Part shown: piece by piece, positions 39,090 to 43,683 of the stretch | Layout: every line of letters begins with the position of its first letter | Position numbering within the stretch: the first letter of the stretch is position 1 | IMG/VR virus record: IMGVR_UViG_3300029142_000007 | Span: 1 to 43,683 of that record | Direction: 5' to 3' (one strand) | Origin: a virus | Taxonomy: Duplodnaviria; Caudoviricetes | DNA: 43,683 nt | The notes under the pieces: generated by a model | The model's input: only the letters and a program-made list of their open reading frames with translations | Database searches by the model: none | What the model was told of the DNA's origin: nothing | Made by a program: the position numbers and the translations under genes

Positions 39090-39288
39090 GTGGAGTACTG
39101 GTCACTCTGTCCAATACACCATTTCCGTAACAGTTGAAGTAGGTTCCTTCAGACACGTCTTTGTTATAGTGTGTCCAAATACGCCAGCATTGGTCGATGG
39201 GGTTCCATTCAAGAAATGGCTGCTGACGATCAATCAATCCTACTCTCAATTTCCTTCGTGCTACAGGAGTTGTAGTTTCCTCGCTCAT
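39007..39288 (-). CDS. Hypothetical protein (start MSEETTT)
   Basis: GAGG SD, just downstream of a predicted promoter. Confidence 0.55.
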   Translation of the reverse strand: MSEETTTPVARRKLRVGLIDRQQPFLEWNPIDQCWRIWTHYNKDVSEGTYFNCYGNGVLDRVTSTPHEKITVRYGDESAETLSQKETKDGPTC

Positions 39289-39314
39289 GTGACCCTCTTT
39301 CGTGATCATTCTTA

Positions 39315-39344
39315 ATAATAACCCAACACCCTACAAAAAGTCAA
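39315..39344 (-). promoter_or_regulatory. Sigma70-type promoter, leftward
   Basis: TTGACT-N18-TATTAT with an AT-rich UP-like tract. Confidence 0.55.
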
Positions 39345-39468
39345 TAAATAAAAATATCAACAATTTGTAGGTGTAGGGCGCGGGCATGGCGCGTTATGTC
39401 CTGTGTGGTGCAGGACGTACCTCTCCCTGTTGAGGTACGTACGTACGTATCACATCGCAGAGCTAAAG

Positions 39469-39699
39469 TCAATCGGTCCAGTCAATTTGCATAACCCTTT
39501 CTACAAGTGTTGGATTAGCTCGCAAGATTGCCGCAAGAGATGCAGCATTATGCCAGTATTGCAACTCTGTCCGATAGCTGAAATCTTTCACTAAGAGCTC
39601 TCGTAACAGATATTCTGCTTCATATTGGTTAGCATCTTCTTTGTCGTCAAAGATCGTGCCATCTGTAGTTTCGTACCTAGTTACTGTTTTAACAAACAT
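39469..39699 (-). CDS. Hypothetical protein (start MFVKTV)
   Basis: YETTDGTIFDDKEDA motif. AGGAG SD inside a palindrome copy. Confidence 0.6.
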   Translation of the reverse strand: MFVKTVTRYETTDGTIFDDKEDANQYEAEYLLRELLVKDFSYRTELQYWHNAASLAAILRANPTLVERVMQIDWTD

Positions 39700-40025
39700 G
39701 GATACAACTCCTGTAGCCAATGTTTCGTGTCATTACCCTCTTGATAATTGACTTCACCTGTATCACTAGTCAACCGAATGCATACATCATGCGCGATTGC
39801 ATTCAATTCTTCATGCATTTCAGGAGCCATCATAATCATCTCTTGCTGAATGCCAAGGTTTTCTTTAATCTTCTCATAGAGGTAGTTGATTATAACCTTC
39901 TGCACTACAAGACTTGTAACGCATATCTCTCCAGCGAACAGCAGCTCAACAGCTTTGTTCAAGTCATCCCGAAACTGTTCATCTGATTTACAGCCACAAG
40001 GGGCAGGGAGTGTTAGCTTTCTCAT
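39681..40025 (-). CDS. Hypothetical protein
   Basis: 114 aa, ATGA coupling. Confidence 0.55.
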   Translation of the reverse strand: MRKLTLPAPCGCKSDEQFRDDLNKAVELLFAGEICVTSLVVQKVIINYLYEKIKENLGIQQEMIMMAPEMHEELNAIAHDVCIRLTSDTGEVNYQEGNDTKHWLQELYPCLLKQ

Positions 40026-40432
40026 GTTGCTTTGTCCTTGTTCCTTTGAGCAAGTGCTACAAGTGCTGTAGTATCTACACCTAAACTCTGTAAGTCTTGC
40101 ACTTGTTCATGAAAGCTATGGCTTTCAATTGCATACGCATTCCAAAACAAATTTTGATCATGCAAAGACATAATAGCCCGCAAGAATTTATAACCGTCTG
40201 GATCACCTGTTTGGCCGCCCTCAACAGCACCAAAACGCTTTTGGATGTATGGAATTGCACTATCCAAGGTAGCTGCTGCATCTAGAGGATTTAGGTCAAG
40301 TAACCAACCAACAGCACAATGACGGTCTGAAGGTCCATTAAATAGACAAGTGCCTTCCATATCTGAGCATTGCCCATCTTGAGCAATCATACGATCCAGC
40401 ACATAATCAAAAGCTTTCTGATATTCCAACAT
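40022..40432 (-). CDS. Hypothetical phage protein
   Basis: AFD....M..Q...C...C.VG.L pattern of small early phage proteins. AGGAG SD. Confidence 0.65.
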   Translation of the reverse strand: MLEYQKAFDYVLDRMIAQDGQCSDMEGTCLFNGPSDRHCAVGWLLDLNPLDAAATLDSAIPYIQKRFGAVEGGQTGDPDGYKFLRAIMSLHDQNLFWNAYAIESHSFHEQVQDLQSLGVDTTALVALAQRNKDKAT

Positions 40433-40581
40433 CGCTTTTCTCCTACAGTACTTGTAGTGACTTCATTGTCACCCACAATGCTAAACCCATTATACCACAT
40501 GAGGCATAGATATACACCTTGATAACTTTGCGCGTGTACGGATGCATATCAATGTCTCCTGTTATTCAAAAGGTTACAAAT

Positions 40582-40614
40582 ATAGCGGGGATAACACTAC
40601 ATCATCCCCGCTAT
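40582..40614 (-). terminator. Hairpin, probable terminator after the 285-aa gene
   Basis: ATAGCGGGGAT...ATCCCCGCTAT 11-bp stem followed by ATTTG on the minus strand. Confidence 0.6.
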
Positions 40615-40622
40615 GTACTGGA

Positions 40623-41480
40623 TTAGATGTTTTCATCTATCCGGGCTTTGAGGTTCTGAAGCTGTTTCTTCATTCCCTTGGTAAGCTTGCCCTCTTGTGC
40701 GACCATTGCGCGGATCACACGATTACACAGTGCGCCAAACTCTTCATCTGACATTCCAAGTTTTGCTTCATCGCGCTCACCTTCGCCACCTTTTGCGGCA
40801 GGCTTTGGCTTGTGCTTTGCAGTGGCAACTTTCACAAGGCTTGCCATTGTCGGGGAATGCGTTGCACCTTCAACCGCTGTACGTCCACCGATTGCAACTG
40901 TCCCTTGTTCGCCACCAATTTCTTTTGGAGCGTTTGCAATGACAGGCACAAACTCACCTGCATCATTCTTTTTATAGGACAGATCACTAGGTTTACACCC
41001 GGAGTCAATCAGTGCCGCCGTTGCTTTGCAAGCCTCTGCAAAACGCTGGTTTAGCCGCTTACGGTTCTTAAACCGCTTGTTGTATTCATCCGGGTTTTCC
41101 TGTTTCAGATCCGCCGTATAAGCATAGAGTGCTTCAACGCGCTTGTCAGTCCATTTGTAAATGACTTCATCGTCTTCAGTCATGGTGCGGGTCTGAACAC
41201 CCATCGCAACAAGCAACCGTGTGTTGAGTTTCTGAACGTCGCCGGGCTTGCCAAAGATAGAAAACACGTCAATGTTGTTCTTCTTTGCATTTGCCAGTTC
41301 GAAAACAGCTCTTGCCATTTCAAACTGGATGTTGCCTTTTGCGTCAGTGACGGCGGCGGCTTTTTGCTGCAACTCTTCATCGATAGCTGCAACGGTTACA
41401 AGGTTGACAAGAAAGTCATTGCCAAACTCAGCAGGAACCTTTTTGTCAAAGGCTTTAATTTCAAGATCAGTACCAGTCAT
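40623..41480 (-). CDS. Hypothetical protein, probably abundant (own promoter and terminator)
   Basis: 285 aa, Lys/Ala-rich, GAGG SD, monocistronic layout. Confidence 0.8.
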   Translation of the reverse strand: MTGTDLEIKAFDKKVPAEFGNDFLVNLVTVAAIDEELQQKAAAVTDAKGNIQFEMARAVFELANAKKNNIDVFSIFGKPGDVQKLNTRLLVAMGVQTRTMTEDDEVIYKWTDKRVEALYAYTADLKQENPDEYNKRFKNRKRLNQRFAEACKATAALIDSGCKPSDLSYKKNDAGEFVPVIANAPKEIGGEQGTVAIGGRTAVEGATHSPTMASLVKVATAKHKPKPAAKGGEGERDEAKLGMSDEEFGALCNRVIRAMVAQEGKLTKGMKKQLQNLKARIDENI

Positions 41481-41546
41481 TTTCTTTCCTCTACAACTTC
41501 TGTAGTTTCCAAACTAGATCACACCTCTATGTGATCTACGCTAGAA

Positions 41547-41575
41547 ACTATGACACACAATTGCGCGTGTGTCAA
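41547..41575 (-). promoter_or_regulatory. Sigma70-type promoter for the 285-aa gene
   Basis: TTGACA-N17-CATAGT overlapping an inverted repeat TGACACAC...GTGTGTCA. Followed by a leader hairpin TAGATCACA...TGTGATCTA. Confidence 0.55.
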
Positions 41576-41583
41576 ATTGTTTC

Positions 41584-41847
41584 TTACTTTTCCACACGAT
41601 CAAGCTTGAATGCTTGACTGTATTCCTCTCCAGCGTTGATACGCCTAACAAACTTGTCACGTTCCTTTTTCGTGCTGAAACCATACAATCCCGGTTGTGT
41701 CACTACAGATGCTGTAGTATCGCATTCATGTATACCATCTGCACCTTTGTCAATGCTTGCTGTCACAAGCCCGTCACGTAGTTCATAGCTTGAACCCGGT
41801 CCTACCATTGCGAAGTAGGGATATTGTAGGTTAGCTGGAAAATGCAT
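41584..41847 (-). CDS. Hypothetical protein
   Basis: 87 aa. Confidence 0.55.
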   Translation of the reverse strand: MHFPANLQYPYFAMVGPGSSYELRDGLVTASIDKGADGIHECDTTASVVTQPGLYGFSTKKERDKFVRRINAGEEYSQAFKLDRVEK

Positions 41848-41954
41848 TTCATAAACCTTTCATTCGTTGGGAGATGGGGAGGGGGAAACCACATGCCTAA
41901 CCTACCACTAAGGAACACGCAAGCCTGCACTATGGTCAACGCCCTCACCACTAC

Positions 41955-42392
41955 TTATATCGCTGTCCTAACAGCTCTAATATCATCTCCATCATGAACC
42001 ATCGTATCTGATACAACTGCTGTAGTCCATACAATCGTATCTTGAAACATATGCAGCTTAGTAACTTTAGCTATGCGACTAGCCTTTAATCGCGCATTCT
42101 GCTCTTGCACATCTGCATTATACGTCCCTGTTTGTTCAACAAGATATGACTTCAGTTGGTGAATTTCACTCTCACCTAAATCAGCTTTGACAAGTACAAC
42201 ATGATAACCGCGCTTGTCAAGTATAATAGCTATGAATTTATCACTAGTCATCTTATCATCTCCTGTACGCAGAATGCACGATTGACCATCGCCATACTGG
42301 CTACCATTGACACTTTCAGATACACTACATCTCATGTAGTACATTTGAAAGCGGACAGGTGACACTAGGGTCTTTGGGGCAATGAGCGCCAC
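41955..42392 (-). CDS. Hypothetical protein (start uncertain, possibly MTSDKF)
   Basis: ORF in the early region. AGGAG precedes an internal Met. Confidence 0.5.
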   Translation of the reverse strand: MALIAPKTLVSPVRFQMYYMRCSVSESVNGSQYGDGQSCILRTGDDKMTSDKFIAIILDKRGYHVVLVKADLGESEIHQLKSYLVEQTGTYNADVQEQNARLKASRIAKVTKLHMFQDTIVWTTAVVSDTMVHDGDDIRAVRTAI

Positions 42393-42420
42393 CTGTCCTA
42401 ACTCTAACGCTGTTGGGACG

Positions 42421-42693
42421 TTAGAGGTTTCTGATCAGTGCATTAAACTCAGCACCAATACCAACATTGCGGAAACGATCTCCAGCTTTGACCATGCGAG
42501 GCATTGTCTGTGTATCACAGGCTGTTTGTGCCTTTTCCGATAGTACAAACTTCTCACATGCAGCGGCGAAGTTTTCCTGAATATTTGACCGCGCTTCCAC
42601 TGCTGCTGTCTGTTCAGGGATATTCTCTTCTGCTGACAGTGCTACAGATGTTGTAGATACGAGTACAGCCATTGCGATAACAAGATTTTTCAT
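42421..42693 (-). CDS. Secreted/periplasmic small protein
   Basis: Sec signal MKNLVIAMAVLVSTTSVALSA and two Cys. Confidence 0.65.
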   Translation of the reverse strand: MKNLVIAMAVLVSTTSVALSAEENIPEQTAAVEARSNIQENFAAACEKFVLSEKAQTACDTQTMPRMVKAGDRFRNVGIGAEFNALIRNL

Positions 42694-42733
42694 TATTCCA
42701 TTCCTCTATTCAAGTTATGTAGTTACTACACAG

Positions 42734-42913
42734 TTACACAGTTGCGACGCTTTTAATGCGCTCTTCTGATTGAGGCACAACAAGGACACTACCGGCCATT
42801 GCTTCCGCCCTACGTTTGGCTGCTTTCTGCGTATTATCCGCAAGTTGAAGTGTTGCAATGCAACTTCCCTTCACAAACAGGCCAAATGTATACATATACT
42901 TTGCTTGTTCCAT
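42734..42913 (-). CDS. Small early ORF missed by the track (59 aa, MEQAKYMYTF...)
   Basis: GAGAGGA SD and an open frame to TAA at 42734, just downstream of a predicted promoter. Confidence 0.55.
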   Translation of the reverse strand: MEQAKYMYTFGLFVKGSCIATLQLADNTQKAAKRRAEAMAGSVLVVPQSEERIKSVATV

Positions 42914-42948
42914 AGTCCAATCCTCTCATTGGCTTATCAACTACAGGT

Positions 42949-42978
42949 ATTGTAGTCTAAATTGGGGTAGAAAGTCAA
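42949..42978 (-). promoter_or_regulatory. Sigma70-type promoter whose -10 lies inside a palindrome copy
   Basis: TTGACT-N18-TACAAT. The -10 overlaps CTACA-N5-TGTAG at 42941-42955. Confidence 0.6.
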
Positions 42979-43176
42979 GAAATATCTCTTATTATTTTCT
43001 CGTTTCTACCCCAAATTGCACTACATTTGCTGTGCTATGGGATAATAACCAGTGATATTGTACCTTTCTCTATGGTGCAGCTACAGATGTTGTAGCTACA
43101 GGCCATTTTGGTGCAGTGTTAGCAAGAGATAGTGGTCGGTCAGGTGCAAGCCCGCTTCCCAGTCTCACGCGTGAGA

Positions 43177-43374
43177 TTATTGTGGTATTGCTATAAACTT
43201 ATAGCTACAACATTTAGCTACTGGCAACGATGCAAGACATTCCTCTGCATCTTCATAGTTATCATGCTCTACCCATTGATTGATACTACTTTCTTTCACC
43301 TTCCAACATACTATGAACATGTTGCTTTCAGTGGCCATCGCTTCAGCCCATTTGAATATTGTGCTACCGTCCAT
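43177..43374 (-). CDS. Hypothetical protein
   Basis: 65 aa, weak support. Confidence 0.4.
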   Translation of the reverse strand: MDGSTIFKWAEAMATESNMFIVCWKVKESSINQWVEHDNYEDAEECLASLPVAKCCSYKFIAIPQ

Positions 43375-43666
43375 TTGTCTTGTCTCTCTCTGTGTCTCTC
43401 TATGTTTATGACTATACGCCTACAGCACTTGTAGTACTACCAACCATAGGTTGAAAATGCACTTTTTTCGGTTGTATTTGCATTTTATTTTATATGTGGA
43501 TAAACATGTGGATAACTATCATCGCGCAAGTTGGCATGGATCTTGCTACTACAAGACCTGTAGTGCTGTTGCTTATTAGAAGCATTCTAAAGTGTTTCAT
43601 GTGAAACATCATGCCCCCTACTCCCCCCGTTTCCAAAAGCCGCCCCCGTGACTGCTTCCGCCGCCG

Positions 43667-43683
43667 GATCGTGACTGGGAAAC
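43667..43683 (-). other. Library primer remnant (reverse complement of the SISPA tag)
   Basis: GATCGTGACTGGGAAAC is the reverse complement of bases 1-17. Confidence 0.9.

Larger units (their letters stand above)
331..43563. repeat. Dispersed gapped palindrome CTACA-N5-TGTAG (at least 56 exact, more than 30 one-mismatch copies)
   Basis: Exact copies start at 558,1917,2168,2669,3774,4724,6900,7431,8240,9010,9320,10284,11281,11830,12474,13209,13368,14665,15674,16089,16770,16894,17020,17440,18152,18941,22043,22459,23590,25252,26206,26801,27577,28243,30190,31271,31741,34800,35723,35936,36634,36899,37939,38475,38826,39261,40057,40443,41491,41703,42325,42642,42941,43081,43420,43549. Manual count, so a lower bound. 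Confidence 0.95.

Noticed and set aside
430-43434. Numerous antisense or alternate-frame ORFs in the track (e.g. 430-840+, 7969-8721-, 24303-24884-, 25750-26202-, 28243-28818-, 32756-33298+)
   Set aside because: They are shadows of well-supported genes, without SD or recognisable motifs. 25750-26202, 18715-18978 and 29836-30030 are same-strand overlaps that I cannot fully exclude.
331-43563. Palindrome as a CRISPR array, MITE/REP or tandem repeat
   Set aside because: Copies are only 15 bp with variable cores, hundreds of bp apart, in frame within essential genes, with no shared flanks or target duplications.
331-43563. Palindrome as a restriction site or a known regulator box (CRP, FNR, LexA, NtcA)
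   Set aside because: Restriction sites are usually depleted in phages and no methyltransferase is evident. The sequence and spacing do not match TGTGA-N6-TCACA, TTGAT-N4-ATCAA, CTGT-N8-ACAG or GTA-N8-TAC. An unknown host regulator is not excluded.
41848-43666. tRNA or other known ncRNA genes in the intergenic stretches
   Set aside because: No cloverleaf or T-loop GTTCRA pattern was recognised by eye. tRNAscan-SE/Infernal would be needed to exclude them.
1-43683. 17-bp inverted terminal repeat suggesting a protein-primed linear genome or a transposon
   Set aside because: It is the SISPA primer tag GTTTCCCAGTCACGATC. There is no protein-primed PolB or transposase. The true genome ends are unknown, and the ~9 nt next to each tag may be primer-derived.

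Overview
The window looks like a near-complete ~43.7 kb genome of a lytic, short-tailed (podovirus-like) dsDNA phage. Overlapping Rz/Rz1-type spanins indicate a Gram-negative host. The + strand (2196-25793) carries terminase, portal, scaffold, major capsid, tail adaptor and nozzle, two paralogous fibre genes, lysis genes (GH19 endolysin, holin, spanins), a GNAT and ejection proteins. The - strand (166-1763 and 25799-43374) carries a UDG-fused family A DNA polymerase, a RecD-like helicase, an SSB-like protein, a Sak4-like ATPase, a PD-(D/E)XK nuclease, MazG-like, WYL-like and DfrB-like proteins, and many small unknown ORFs. I recognised no integrase, repressor, primase, RNA polymerase or tRNA. 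The outstanding unexplained signal is a gapped palindrome, CTACA-N5-TGTAG, dispersed through the whole genome. I counted at least 56 exact and more than 30 one-mismatch copies by eye, against about 0.05 exact copies expected. Copies are written into codons of most gene classes and overlap several ribosome-binding sites and promoters. This suggests a possibly undescribed system in which a dimeric protein binds or marks the phage chromosome about every 500 bp. The 17-bp terminal inverted repeat is a SISPA amplification primer and is not biological. All protein calls rest on motif recognition and synteny, not on database searches.
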